From positions 352,001 to 416,000 of the forward strand of contig CAXXHG010000043.1 of assembly GCA_963666315.2 (NCBI GenBank): a stretch of DNA of 64,000 nt, read 5' to 3'. Source of the stretch: Candidatus Binatia bacterium (GTDB taxonomy: Bacteria > Desulfobacterota > Binatia > Bin18). Made by a program: the position numbers and the translations under genes. This document shows positions 42,336 to 52,077 of this stretch, in pieces. The notes beneath the pieces are model-generated. The model worked only from the letters and a program-made list of their open reading frames with translations. It was not told the DNA's origin and did not search any database. The first letter of the stretch is position 1; each line of letters starts with the position of its first letter.

Positions 42336-42466
42336 CTCGATCTCCTTAATCGTTCGGGCTGGCCAGAAGAGGCACGGGGGGTGCTTGTCGAATTGGGTAT
42401 CCAATACTCCAAGGAGGCTTTTGTTCAGGCCATTGGGAACAATGACTCTACCAAGCGTGTCTTATG

Positions 42467-43558
42467 CTACACAAGATATTTCGCTACTGCGTGCTCATCC
42501 CATGCGAGGCCTGTCCCCGGTGTGGAGGTGGGCAGAATCTTGCCAGCTTCAATAACAGTCGGTTCTTGGAGAAAGGGATCCGCCCAGTCCATATACTCCA
42601 GCCAATGCCGCGTTGGCGTTACTGCGAGCAAGTGAGCGCTGATTTCTGGGTAGAGATGTGACGAGATAGGAATGCCGCTGGGCCCAGCCAAGGCAATCGC
42701 TCGCAGCCAGCCTGAGACGCCGCCGATTTTATTTGCATCCGGCATGAGGAAGTCCCCAGCCCCGGCAGCGATTGCCTTGGCCATGTCATGCGGTCCCCAA
42801 AAGTTCTCTCCAAGCTGAATGGGCGTTTGAGTGGATTGGCGAATGAGGGCATAGCCTGCGTAATCGTCCGCGCGGGTGGGCTCTTCGATCCAACACAGCC
42901 CCTCACCGTCAAGTGCTTGGGCCCTTTGCATGGCCTCAGGAACGGACAAAGACTGATTGTAGTCCGACATCAAGGCGATGTTATCGGGAATCGCGTTGCG
43001 GACTGCGCGCACCACCTCAACATCTGTTTTTACATCCGGATAGCCCAGTCTGACTTTGATGGCTTTGAAGCCTGGCTCAACAAGCGCTCTCGCTTCATCG
43101 CCGGCTCGTTCGGCACCGATAATTCCCAAACCCGTACTGTTGTAAGCCGGAATCGGTTGGGCTTTTCCTCCAAGCAGCTGAACCAAAGGAAGTCCAGCTG
43201 CTTTTGCGCATGCATCCCAGGCCGCGCTATCGATACCGGCGGCTGCCATGGCAGTAAAACCCTGTGGGCCGAGCAAACGAAAGGCTCGTTGTAATTTTTC
43301 TTCTAGGGCGAGCGGGGCAACTACTTCACCGTTGATGAGGTCGCCCAGATTGTGCAGCAGCTTGACGAGAGGTTCAAGGACAAACGCGGCATAGCAGAAG
43401 ATATAGCCACAGCCGGTAATGCCTTCCTCCGTCTCAAGATCGACCAGTACAAGCGGGACCCGAGCGACTGATCCACCCCCCGTTTGTATTGGTCTCGTCA
43501 TGGGCAGGCTGAGTGCACGGGCACGTAAAGAACGGACTGTGAGGACATGCCTGGGCAT
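42467..43558 (-). CDS. Mandelate racemase-like enolase superfamily protein
   Basis: AIKVRLG, DYNQ, WIEEP, LGEN, PD..KIGGV, SSHL, HWLE. Confidence 0.88.
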   Translation of the reverse strand: MPRHVLTVRSLRARALSLPMTRPIQTGGGSVARVPLVLVDLETEEGITGCGYIFCYAAFVLEPLVKLLHNLGDLINGEVVAPLALEEKLQRAFRLLGPQGFTAMAAAGIDSAAWDACAKAAGLPLVQLLGGKAQPIPAYNSTGLGIIGAERAGDEARALVEPGFKAIKVRLGYPDVKTDVEVVRAVRNAIPDNIALMSDYNQSLSVPEAMQRAQALDGEGLCWIEEPTRADDYAGYALIRQSTQTPIQLGENFWGPHDMAKAIAAGAGDFLMPDANKIGGVSGWLRAIALAGPSGIPISSHLYPEISAHLLAVTPTRHWLEYMDWADPFLQEPTVIEAGKILPTSTPGTGLAWDEHAVAKYLV

Positions 43559-43760
43559 GGATTCCCCTCTCTCCCAGTGAGCAGGTGAATGCAGAGTATA
43601 GCCAATGCGCTGAGAGGGTCAAGCAGGAAGGCGAGAAGTTGCTTACTATCCAGGAAGTTGTTCCCTCGGTTATTGGGAGGGTAGCAGACAGTCCTCCGGA
43701 CCGTACCAAGGTTACTGCTGTGTCCAGTTTATTTTCTTGCATCATATGACCTCCCCGTTC

Positions 43761-43839
43761 TGACGTGTCATAGGACACATACTACTCTCAACAGTTATAC
43801 CCTTTACTAGTTGACAGTTCAAGAGTGTCACGGTACGCT
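43761..43839. promoter_or_regulatory. Overlapping divergent sigma70 promoters with TGACA/TGTCA operator-like repeats
   Basis: Plus: TTGACA(43811)-17-TACGCT. Minus: TTGAAC-17-TATAAC. Palindromes TGACA-N9-TGTCA (43812-43830) and GTGTC-ATAG-GACAC (43765-43778). Confidence 0.6.
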
Positions 43840-43847
43840 TCTCATGT

Positions 43848-44609
43848 GTGGAGGTCATCATAGTGAGACGCAGAGTATCACGGCCACTTGGAGGAATACT
43901 TGGCGCTGCGATCCGCGAAGCACGAGAGACAAGACGGTTGCGTCAAGATGACCTTGCAGCGGTTGCACGAGAGGTTGGACTTCCTTGGACACGGGTGACT
44001 GTGGCAGCCATCGAAATTGGTCGCCGCAGGCTCACTCTCGATGAATTTCTGCTACTACCTGCTGTTCTGAATTTCACCGAGCTGGCCGAGCTTTTTCCAA
44101 TGGACTCGTGGGTTGGCCTTACGAAGGAAACAAGCGTACACAGCACAGAGCTGAAATACATTCTCTCGGGGAAAGCCGGGAAAGGTCATCCCGGAAATTA
44201 TGACACGCCAGCGCAGCGTAAGCTCCAAAATGAATTCCCCAGACAACAGATAAGGGACATCGTTCAAGGGACAGTCATCCCAAAGGTTGTGGAAGTGATA
44301 CGACGCGTGTGGCCAGAGGTAGAAAGTGGCGGCAATGAGTTCCTTATTCAATGTGAGATGGAAGCCAAGAGGGATGCCGAGCAGAAGGCCGCACGAAGAT
44401 TGCACGTGTCGCCCTTTGAGGTCGCCCTGGCGGCGCAGAAGTTGTGGGGGCGTTCGTTGACGGCGGAACGAGACCGGCAGGTCGCGTTTCGAGAGACCGA
44501 CGCGGCGGCAACAGGCAGACGCCGTGCCATCAGGGGCCATGTGACGAGGTTACTTGTTGAAGAGATCAGGCCGCTGGTAACAGGTGCATGTGAGGCTGAC
44601 GAGGGGTAA
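43848..44609 (+). CDS. XRE-family HTH regulator of the integrative element
   Basis: IREARETRRLRQDDLA......WTRVTVAAIEIGRRRLTLDE; start may be GTG 43863. Confidence 0.8.
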   Translation: MEVIIVRRRVSRPLGGILGAAIREARETRRLRQDDLAAVAREVGLPWTRVTVAAIEIGRRRLTLDEFLLLPAVLNFTELAELFPMDSWVGLTKETSVHSTELKYILSGKAGKGHPGNYDTPAQRKLQNEFPRQQIRDIVQGTVIPKVVEVIRRVWPEVESGGNEFLIQCEMEAKRDAEQKAARRLHVSPFEVALAAQKLWGRSLTAERDRQVAFRETDAAATGRRRAIRGHVTRLLVEEIRPLVTGACEADEG

Positions 44610-44640
44610 ACAGGGAATCACAAGGCGCAGAGGACTAAAT

Positions 44641-45725
44641 ATGCCTAAATACAGATATGGCGCAGTCAGAGTGTATCGGCGTGGCAAGACTTGGTGGATC
44701 GATTATTACCATGATGGCAATCGTGTCCGCGAATCAGCGGACACGTGTGACAAAAGTGAGGCACGGCGTTTGTTGCAAGAGCGGATGGGGCAAATAGCCG
44801 AGGGACGCTATGGGGGTCCACGAGCGGATCGGGTAACTCTGGTGGACTTGGCAAGAGGTCTTCTCGACGATTACAAGACGAATGGAAGAAAGACTCTGAG
44901 TGACGTGAAAATCCGTATCAATCTGAATTTGTTTCCATTTTTTGGAAAGCGACGGCGAGCCCAATCACTTACATCCACCGATGTGCGTTCCTACATTTCA
45001 GAAAGACAGGTAACCGGGAGTTAGCCGCCCTGAAACGAATGTATAATCTCGCCCTTCAAGAGGCGATAATTAACAGGAAACCCTATATCCCTAGTCTTGA
45101 CGAAAACACGGCGAGAAAAGGCTTTTTCGAGAGGCATGAATTTCTGTCGATGTTGTCGAAGCTGCCCGAGTATCTACGACCATCCTTCATGTTCGCGTAT
45201 CAGTTCGGCTGGAGGATAAGAAGTGAGGTATTCCCACTACGCTGGGAGCAAATTGATCTGCATACCTGCACGGTCCGTTTGGAGGTAGGGATCACGAAAA
45301 GCAAAGATGGAAGACTTATATACCTGACAAACGAACTTCGTGCCGTGTTTAGTGCCTATTGGGAACAACATCTCAGGTCTTCCCCGGGGTGCCCCTGGGT
45401 TTTTCACCGTAGTGGTAAACGTATATTCACGTGCTACAAGGCATGGCACAGGGCTTGTCGGGAAGCCGGGCTGATTGATAGGATACCACACGATTTTAGG
45501 CGGACCGCTGTGAGGAATATGGTAAGGAGCGGAATCCCTGAGAGAGTGGCTATTCAAGTGGCCGGACACAAAACGCGGTCTGTGTCTGATCGGTATCATA
45601 TCGTATCGGATATCGACCTCCAGGAAGCAGCAACACGAATGGAATCGTGTAATTCACCAGTCTTGGACACAAATTTGGTCACAGGAACCCCGTTCGCGTT
45701 AGGGGAAACCAACGTAAGTCACTAA
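44641..45725 (+). pseudogene. Tyrosine recombinase/integrase, frameshifted by a short deletion
   Basis: Arm-binding N-terminus (WWIDYY..G.R.RES); break at ERQV/NRELAALKRM near 45012-45024; catalytic R (GWR), K, HDFRR, GHKT, Y (DRY). Confidence 0.88.
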
Positions 45726-45737
45726 TTTCATTAACGT

Positions 45738-45811
45738 GCCCTCGTAGCTCAGGAGGATAGAGCACCGGATTCCTAATCCGGGGGTCGTGCGTTCGAATCG
45801 CGCCGGGGGCA
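45738..45811 (+). tRNA. tRNA-Arg(CCT)
   Basis: Cloverleaf: acceptor GCCCTCG/CGGGGGC, anticodon arm CCGGA-TTCCTAA-TCCGG, T-arm GTGCG-TTCGAAT-CGCGC; CCA not encoded. Confidence 0.95.
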
Positions 45812-45922
45812 TGTCCTTTCTTTTCAATATCTTATGCAATTTCATAGGTTTTCCAGCTATCTAGAGCAACCCAGTTTGTTGTCCAGTTTGTCTCACCAGT
45901 CCGGTTTATCCAGCTATAACTA

Positions 45923-45956
45923 TGAAAAAGGGGCCTGGAAATCCAGGCCCTCTCTT
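45923..45956 (-). terminator. Intrinsic terminator after glmS
   Basis: GGGCCTGGA/TCCAGGCCC stem with a T-tract on the minus strand. Confidence 0.7.
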
Positions 45957-45998
45957 AATCCTGCTTTTGCTTGGATAAGTTGAATGTGAGCTACGCTG

Positions 45999-47828
45999 CT
46001 ATTCTACCGTTACACTTTTTGCCAGATTACGCGGCTGATCAACGTCGGTCCCACGGTAAATGGCAACATGATAGGCTAAGAGCTGGAGCGGGATGCTGAG
46101 CAGAATCGGCATGAGCAGGTGGTTGGTCTTCGGGACTTGGATGATCTCCCAGGCAATCTCTTCAAGCTCAGGAGAAGGAGCGTCGGTCAGTGCAATAACA
46201 CGTCCCCCCCGTGCCTCGACCTCTTTCATATTGCTCAGTGTTTTTTCGTACACGGGATCTTTTGGTATAAGTACGACAACGGGCATTTGCTCATCTATGA
46301 GCGCGATCGGACCGTGCTTCATCTCGCCGGCGGGGTAGCCCTCGGCGTGGATGTAGGAAATTTCCTTGAGTTTGAGTGCTCCCTCGAGCGCAATGGGATA
46401 ATTCACCCCCCGTCCGAGATACAAGAAATCGCTGGCATGGCCATATTTTTTGGCAATTTTTCCAATGGCTTTGGCCTTGGTCAGGGCCTCTTGGACAAGC
46501 GATGGTAGATTGACGATATCTTCGATGAGTTTGCGGCTTTGGTCTTTATTCAAGACACCCCGACGTTGGCCAAGATGTACGGCTAAGAGATAGAGCGCTG
46601 TCAGCTGGGTCGTAAACGCCTTGGTTGAGGCAACGCTGATCTCCGGTCCCGCGTGTGTATACATGACCATGTCAGCCTTGCGCGTAATGGACGAATCGAC
46701 CACGTTGCAGACGGTGAGGGTAGTGGCCCCTTTGGCTATGCCGGTTTCGAGTGCAGCCAGGGTATCCGCAGTCTCACCCGACTGGGACACGGCAAGCAGC
46801 AAGGTGTCTCTGTCGAGCGGGGTATGGCGATAGCGAAACTCGCTACCATAGTCCACTTCTGTCGGTAGGGCTGCCAGCTCTTCAAATAGGAATTTTCCGA
46901 CCAAACACGAATGCCAGGCTGTTCCACATGCGACTAGGGTCGCCCGTTTTACCGCATCGAGTAAGGGCAGATGCTGGTCGAGTTCGCCCAGAGTGATTTC
47001 GCCCGACTCCTCCAAGATACGGCCCCGCATGGTGTCGATAATAGCTTGCGGTTGTTCGTAGATTTCCTTGAGCAGAAAATGCTTATAGCCGCTTTTTTGA
47101 GCGGTAATGGGATCCCAGGTGATTTGCCGCGGGGCGCGCTCGATCGGCTGCCCAGAGAAATCTGAGATCGACACGTTTGTGCAACTTACCTCAGCCATCT
47201 CACCGTCGTCGAGAAATACGACCTGGCGCGTATAGTCGAGAAGCGCGGGTACATCGGAAGCAATAAAATTCTCACCTTTGCCTAAACCGATGACAATGGG
47301 TGTGGCATTTTTTGCTGTGAGAATGGTGCCAGGATTTTTCTCACTCAGGACGACGATGGCAAACGAGCCAGACAGATGTCGGAGAGCCGTCCGGGTGGCT
47401 TCTGAGAATGACATGCCTTCTTGGAGGTATTGATCAATCAGGTGCGAGATAACTTCGGTATCGGTCTCTGAGCTAAACGTCCGCCCTTTTTCCATCAAGG
47501 CATGCCGCAGGTCGAGATAGTTCTCGATAATGCCGTTATGGATCACGACAACGTCTCCGGCCCGATGCGGGTGGGCGTTCTCCTCAGACGGAGGGCCATG
47601 GGTTGCCCAGCGAGTATGGCCTATCCCAATGCAGCCAGGCAGAGGTTCTTCCTGCAACAGCTGATTGAGGTTGTTCAGCTTGCCCACCGCCCGGCGGATA
47701 GAAATGTGTCCATTTGTGAAAGCGGCGATGCCGGCGGAGTCATAGCCTCGATACTCGAGCCGCTTCAGCCCCTGAAAGAGTAGTGGGGCTGCTTCACGCT
47801 GACCAACATAACCCATGATGCCGCACAT
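45999..47828 (-). CDS. glmS: Glutamine--fructose-6-phosphate aminotransferase
   Basis: MCGI, LEYRGYDSAG, GHTRWATHG, SQSGETADT, PRNLAKSVTVE. Confidence 0.98.
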   Translation of the reverse strand: MCGIMGYVGQREAAPLLFQGLKRLEYRGYDSAGIAAFTNGHISIRRAVGKLNNLNQLLQEEPLPGCIGIGHTRWATHGPPSEENAHPHRAGDVVVIHNGIIENYLDLRHALMEKGRTFSSETDTEVISHLIDQYLQEGMSFSEATRTALRHLSGSFAIVVLSEKNPGTILTAKNATPIVIGLGKGENFIASDVPALLDYTRQVVFLDDGEMAEVSCTNVSISDFSGQPIERAPRQITWDPITAQKSGYKHFLLKEIYEQPQAIIDTMRGRILEESGEITLGELDQHLPLLDAVKRATLVACGTAWHSCLVGKFLFEELAALPTEVDYGSEFRYRHTPLDRDTLLLAVSQSGETADTLAALETGIAKGATTLTVCNVVDSSITRKADMVMYTHAGPEISVASTKAFTTQLTALYLLAVHLGQRRGVLNKDQSRKLIEDIVNLPSLVQEALTKAKAIGKIAKKYGHASDFLYLGRGVNYPIALEGALKLKEISYIHAEGYPAGEMKHGPIALIDEQMPVVVLIPKDPVYEKTLSNMKEVEARGGRVIALTDAPSPELEEIAWEIIQVPKTNHLLMPILLSIPLQLLAYHVAIYRGTDVDQPRNLAKSVTVE

Positions 47829-47885
47829 GATTGAGTCCTCTTCTGCGAAAGAATCGGGTGTGTGTTCTTACTGAGGGCAGCTGAA

Positions 47886-49316
47886 TTAGCTGTCCTGTTG
47901 TGATTCTTCTTTGGCGCGTTTGGCCGCCGTCCAGCCTGCACGTGTTTCTTCCTGACGCCGATTAAAGACAAGCGCCCCGGCTGGAACGTCGTGGCGGACC
48001 GTCGTGGCCGTGGCGATATAGACATCGTCGTTGATGGTAATCGGAGCGATCAAAGTCGTGTCCGAGCCGATCTGAACCCGATCCCCGATCTTGGTCTTAT
48101 GCTTACGGAAGCCGTCATAGTTGCAGGTGATGGTTCCCGCCCCTATATTGGTATCCTGGCCGACTTCGGTATCGCCGATATAGGCCAAGTGCTTCGCTTT
48201 TGTATGCTCGCCTATGGTAGATTTCTTGACTTCGACGAAATTCCCGATCTCCGCCCGTGGAGCCAGGAAGGCACTAGCGCGCATACGTGAAAACGGACCG
48301 GCCGAGGAATAATTGCTCAGCTCGCTGTCACGTAGGTCAACCGAGAAATAGATCTGGACATTATCCCCGATTGTACAATTTTCAATATACGCACTGCCGT
48401 CAATGCGGCAGTGTGATCCTATCGTCGTCTTGCCCTTGATATGGGTATTTGGACCAATGATCGTATCTTGGCCTATCGTGGCTTCGTCACTCAGGTATAC
48501 GGTCTGCGGGTCTTCAAATGTGACGCCAGCGTCCATCCACTGACGGCGGAGTTGTTCTTGGCGTGTTGTTTCCATACGAGCGAGCTCCTGTCGAGAGTTG
48601 ACGCCTTCGACTTCGTAAAAGTCTGGAGTGAGGACGACCCGAGTCGGGAGTCCGGCCTGGACGGCCGTCGCCACGATATCGGTCAAATAGTATTCACCTT
48701 GGGTGTTGGTCGGCTGCAGGCGGTCCAGGGCGGAAAAAAGAAAATCGGCGTGGACACAATAAATACCGGTATTGATTTCTTGGACGACAAGTTCTTGTTC
48801 CGATGCGTCACGGGCTTCAACAATCCGGTCCAGCTGTCCGTCTGCTTGCCGAATAACGCGCCCGTATTGAGCCGGATCTTCGAGCCGTGCGGTCAAGACT
48901 GACAGCGTGCTCTGCTGAGCCCGATGCTGTGCGACGAAGCGAGCCAGCGTTTGCGTCCTCAGGAGCGGGACGTCGCCGTAGACGATAAGAATATCACCCC
49001 GGAAGCTGTGAAACTGTTCCTGGGCCGCGCGCACGGCGTCTCCCGTGCCGCGCTGCTCGTGTTGGAGAGCGAAAAGAATATCGTCTCCGCCACAGACCTG
49101 CTGAACGACGTCGGCCTGATAACCGACCACCACCACAAGACGGCTCGCGTGGAGACGCTGGCTGGCCTGAATGACATGCGTGAGAAGCGGTTTCCCGGCC
49201 AAGCGATGCAGGACTTTGGCCTGGTTTGATCGCATGCGTGTGCCTTTGCCCGCAGCAAGAATAATAACCCCGAGTTGTGCTCTTGGTGGTGAGTTCGTCA
49301 CGTCAGTAGCGCTCAT
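47886..49316 (-). CDS. glmU: Bifunctional UDP-GlcNAc pyrophosphorylase/GlcN-1-P acetyltransferase
   Basis: LAAGKGTRM, YGDVP, EYYLTD, GNFVEVK, NYDG; hexapeptide repeats. Confidence 0.97.
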   Translation of the reverse strand: MSATDVTNSPPRAQLGVIILAAGKGTRMRSNQAKVLHRLAGKPLLTHVIQASQRLHASRLVVVVGYQADVVQQVCGGDDILFALQHEQRGTGDAVRAAQEQFHSFRGDILIVYGDVPLLRTQTLARFVAQHRAQQSTLSVLTARLEDPAQYGRVIRQADGQLDRIVEARDASEQELVVQEINTGIYCVHADFLFSALDRLQPTNTQGEYYLTDIVATAVQAGLPTRVVLTPDFYEVEGVNSRQELARMETTRQEQLRRQWMDAGVTFEDPQTVYLSDEATIGQDTIIGPNTHIKGKTTIGSHCRIDGSAYIENCTIGDNVQIYFSVDLRDSELSNYSSAGPFSRMRASAFLAPRAEIGNFVEVKKSTIGEHTKAKHLAYIGDTEVGQDTNIGAGTITCNYDGFRKHKTKIGDRVQIGSDTTLIAPITINDDVYIATATTVRHDVPAGALVFNRRQEETRAGWTAAKRAKEESQQDS

Positions 49317-49369
49317 CCCGAATGCATCCCTTATCTAGTGTACCGTCTAAAACGGCGAAATCGCAAAAA

Positions 49370-50476
49370 TTAATTATTGTTAGCCGCATGGAGCCGATCT
49401 GGGAGGTTTTCAAACCAGGGTAAGACCAGCGTTTCATTGATAGAGTAGGTATAGGCATGGCCCCAGTCCGGCAGCTCCGTATAGATGATGTTTGCAAACT
49501 CTTGTCCTTCTAAAAAGTCCCGTGCCATGCGGGCGGAAGATACCGGAAAAATAAAATCCTTGGCGCCGTGTACGATAAAAATCGGAAGTGCAGTTGCCCG
49601 TTTATAATCGAGTCGGGGGAGGAGGACGCCGGCAATGGGCGCAATACCGGCAAAGAGTTTTGGACAACTGATGCCGAGCGCGTACGAAAACGTACCGCCG
49701 TCAGAAAGCCCGCTGACCAAAATTCGGCTGGTGTTGACCGCATATTCGTCCATGACTTCTTCGAGCATGGCCAGGATAGAGCGGATATCCAGGCCGGGTT
49801 GCTGAATAGACCAGGTTTGGCCCAGCGACTTAGGCGAGAGGAGAATGAGTCCCTTGCTCTTGGCTATCCTCAGCCAGGTCAGCATATAATCGTCCCCTCG
49901 TCCATGACCACCGTGTAAGGTGACCACCAGCGGCCAGTGTTGGTCAGGGTCATAGTTCTCGGGAACATACAGCGAATATTCCGCATGTTTCTTGGTTTGG
50001 GGCCGATGCATGACGCCGGTCTGCACGCTGCTTCCTTCGACCGGCGTTTCTAGTTCCGCTAGACGAGGTAGATCCTCGGCAAGGAGCCAATACGGCTGAA
50101 TGGGTGCTAGCTCGGACCGCAGGTCATACAACAGATATTTGCCTAACGAAAACACACGCCGGCTCTGCATATAGGCAACAATAAAATTATGTGGAGAGCC
50201 GGTACGAAAGGATGTGTAGGCGTCTTCGAGATGTTCAAGGGCTTCGAGCCATTTTTTGTGAAACGCGTTTCGGTTCGGTGGGATCTCCAGTTTCTCAGTC
50301 TCGGAATTGATGGCGGAAAACAGATCTCCTACTTTCCCGACCAATTCTTCCTGATGCTCGTTGATTTTCCCAAGATGAATCTGTTCTTGGAGCGCTTCGA
50401 ACGTACGTAAGAACGACAGAATCTGCCCCGCATGCTGGGTAATAGTCTCTTGGTAATGGGTCTCAAGCGTCGCCAT
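49370..50476 (-). CDS. Phospholipase/carboxylesterase with helical N-terminal extension
   Basis: LHGGHG, GLSDGG, HGAKD, WGH; start MATLETH. Confidence 0.8.
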   Translation of the reverse strand: MATLETHYQETITQHAGQILSFLRTFEALQEQIHLGKINEHQEELVGKVGDLFSAINSETEKLEIPPNRNAFHKKWLEALEHLEDAYTSFRTGSPHNFIVAYMQSRRVFSLGKYLLYDLRSELAPIQPYWLLAEDLPRLAELETPVEGSSVQTGVMHRPQTKKHAEYSLYVPENYDPDQHWPLVVTLHGGHGRGDDYMLTWLRIAKSKGLILLSPKSLGQTWSIQQPGLDIRSILAMLEEVMDEYAVNTSRILVSGLSDGGTFSYALGISCPKLFAGIAPIAGVLLPRLDYKRATALPIFIVHGAKDFIFPVSSARMARDFLEGQEFANIIYTELPDWGHAYTYSINETLVLPWFENLPDRLHAANNN

Positions 50477-50564
50477 AGTCGGTCTCTTTCGATGCAGAGC
50501 GAAGCTAGCAGCTTGGCTTTTGCAGTTGCAAGGGGGAAGCCCGTATGCCAAGGTAAAGACGGGT

Positions 50565-51956
50565 ATGAAAACACCAGGAGCTGATCCCAAAGCCCTTCTT
50601 CGCACGCTCCCGTCCGTCGAAAAAATTCTGAGCGCTGCGGCCTTTCAGCCCATTCTGGCGCGTTACAATAGGACCTATACTACCGATGTCATACGCAACG
50701 TGCTGGCGACTGCGCGTCACGACATTCTGGCTGGAACAATTATCGACCAGGTGAATGAGAGAAACGTCGTCGAACGGGTGCATACAGTGCTCCGTCGCGA
50801 CGACCAGTCCCCGCTGCGTTCGGTCATCAATGCAACCGGGACGGTGCTGCATACGAATCTCGGCCGCGCGCTGCTGGCTAAGGATGCGCTGGATGAAATG
50901 GTCCGAGTCGGCTCAACACCGGTGACGCTGGAATACGACATAGCTAAGACCGGACGCGGCGACCGGGATGATGTCATTGAGGCCGACGTGCTTGCCCTGA
51001 CGGGCGCAGAAGCGGCGACTGTTGTGAACAATAATGCGGCGGCAGTCCTGCTTGTGCTCAATACGCTGGCGGAAGGCAAAGAGGGAATTGTGTCGCGCGG
51101 GGAGCTGATTGAGATTGGCGGTTCGTTTCGCATCCCGGATGTCATGCGCAAGAGCGGAGTTGTTCTGCGTGAAGTGGGAACGACTAATCGGACCCATCTC
51201 AAAGATTATGCTGGTGCGATTTCTGCTGAGACCGGCGTGTTGCTGAAAGTTCACACCAGCAACTACCGTATCATTGGTTTTACTGCAGAAGTCGGGTTGG
51301 AAGAACTGGTTGTCTTAGGCAGGGAACACAACATCCCAGTGATGGAAGACCTTGGTGCAGGCGCGCTCATTGATCTGTCGCAATATGGTCTCCCAAAAGA
51401 ACCCATAGTAGCTGAGCGGATTGCGAAAGGTGCGGACGTTGTCACCTTTAGTGGCGATAAGCTGCTCGGCGGGCCACAGGCCGGACTCATTGTTGGTTGC
51501 AAAGAATGGATCGATAAGATCAAGAAGAATCCACTCAAACGTGCCTTACGGCTTGGCAAACTGACCCTGGCCGCGCTGAGTGCAACCCTGCGGCTGTACC
51601 GTCGTTCGCCCGATCTGCTCCAGGCCTTGCCGACCTTGCGTTGGCTGACCCGGCCGATAGAAGACATGGAAGCGATTGCTGCGCAAGCCCTACCGTTGCT
51701 TCAGAAAACGCTTGGCGACGAATTCTCGATAGCGGCTGACGACGCTATGGCACAGATCGGCAGCGGTGCTCTGCCGGAAGAAGAACTGCCGAGTAAAGTT
51801 ATCGCCATTCGTCATCCACAACTGTCGGCTGAAAAAATAGCGACCCGTTTTCGAGACGCTGATCCACCCATCCTCGGCCGCATCCATGACGGGACGTTTT
51901 TGCTCGACCTGCGTGGGATTTTTGATGCAACTCAGCTCGTCCCACGTTCTTCCTGA
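50565..51956 (+). CDS. selA: L-seryl-tRNA(Sec) selenium transferase
   Basis: INATGTVLHTNLGRA, VSRGELIEIGGSFRIP, EVGTTNRT, FSGDKLLGGPQAG. Confidence 0.97.
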   Translation: MKTPGADPKALLRTLPSVEKILSAAAFQPILARYNRTYTTDVIRNVLATARHDILAGTIIDQVNERNVVERVHTVLRRDDQSPLRSVINATGTVLHTNLGRALLAKDALDEMVRVGSTPVTLEYDIAKTGRGDRDDVIEADVLALTGAEAATVVNNNAAAVLLVLNTLAEGKEGIVSRGELIEIGGSFRIPDVMRKSGVVLREVGTTNRTHLKDYAGAISAETGVLLKVHTSNYRIIGFTAEVGLEELVVLGREHNIPVMEDLGAGALIDLSQYGLPKEPIVAERIAKGADVVTFSGDKLLGGPQAGLIVGCKEWIDKIKKNPLKRALRLGKLTLAALSATLRLYRRSPDLLQALPTLRWLTRPIEDMEAIAAQALPLLQKTLGDEFSIAADDAMAQIGSGALPEEELPSKVIAIRHPQLSAEKIATRFRDADPPILGRIHDGTFLLDLRGIFDATQLVPRSS

Positions 51957-51981
51957 CGCTGCAAGCTGAAGCTGGAAGACT

Positions 51982-52077
51982 TGGCGGAGAAGAGATGGAG
52001 TCGAACCATCCGCGCAACGTTACGCCACGCAACTCGGTTTTGAAGACCGGTACAGCCACCGGGCCATATCCTTCTCC
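51982..52077 (-). tRNA. selC: tRNA-Sec(TCA)
   Basis: 8-bp acceptor stem GGAGAAGG/TCTTCTCC, anticodon loop CTTCAAA, long variable arm, T-arm GATGG-TTCGACT-CCATC, ends GCCA; convergent with selA. Confidence 0.93.

Larger units (their letters stand above)
34279..45777. mobile_element. Degenerate integrative element/genomic island (about 11.5 kb) at tRNA-Arg(CCT)
   Basis: Flanking 43-bp direct repeats, tyrosine integrase and XRE regulator at the right end, TTGGNCAC arm repeats at both ends, mosaic cargo. Confidence 0.85.

Noticed and set aside
41556-42635. Long antisense ORF (359 aa), and similar ones such as 26680..27465, 10967..11635, 56702..57505
   Set aside because: Shadows of well-supported genes on the opposite strand, with no recognisable motifs
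43434-43778. ORF as the element's excisionase
   Set aside because: The position fits, but there is no HTH/AlpA-like motif and it runs into the racemase gene; at most a truncated remnant
47829-47885. glmS ribozyme
   Set aside because: The spacer is only 57 bp and lacks the ribozyme core; glmU-glmS is an ordinary operon
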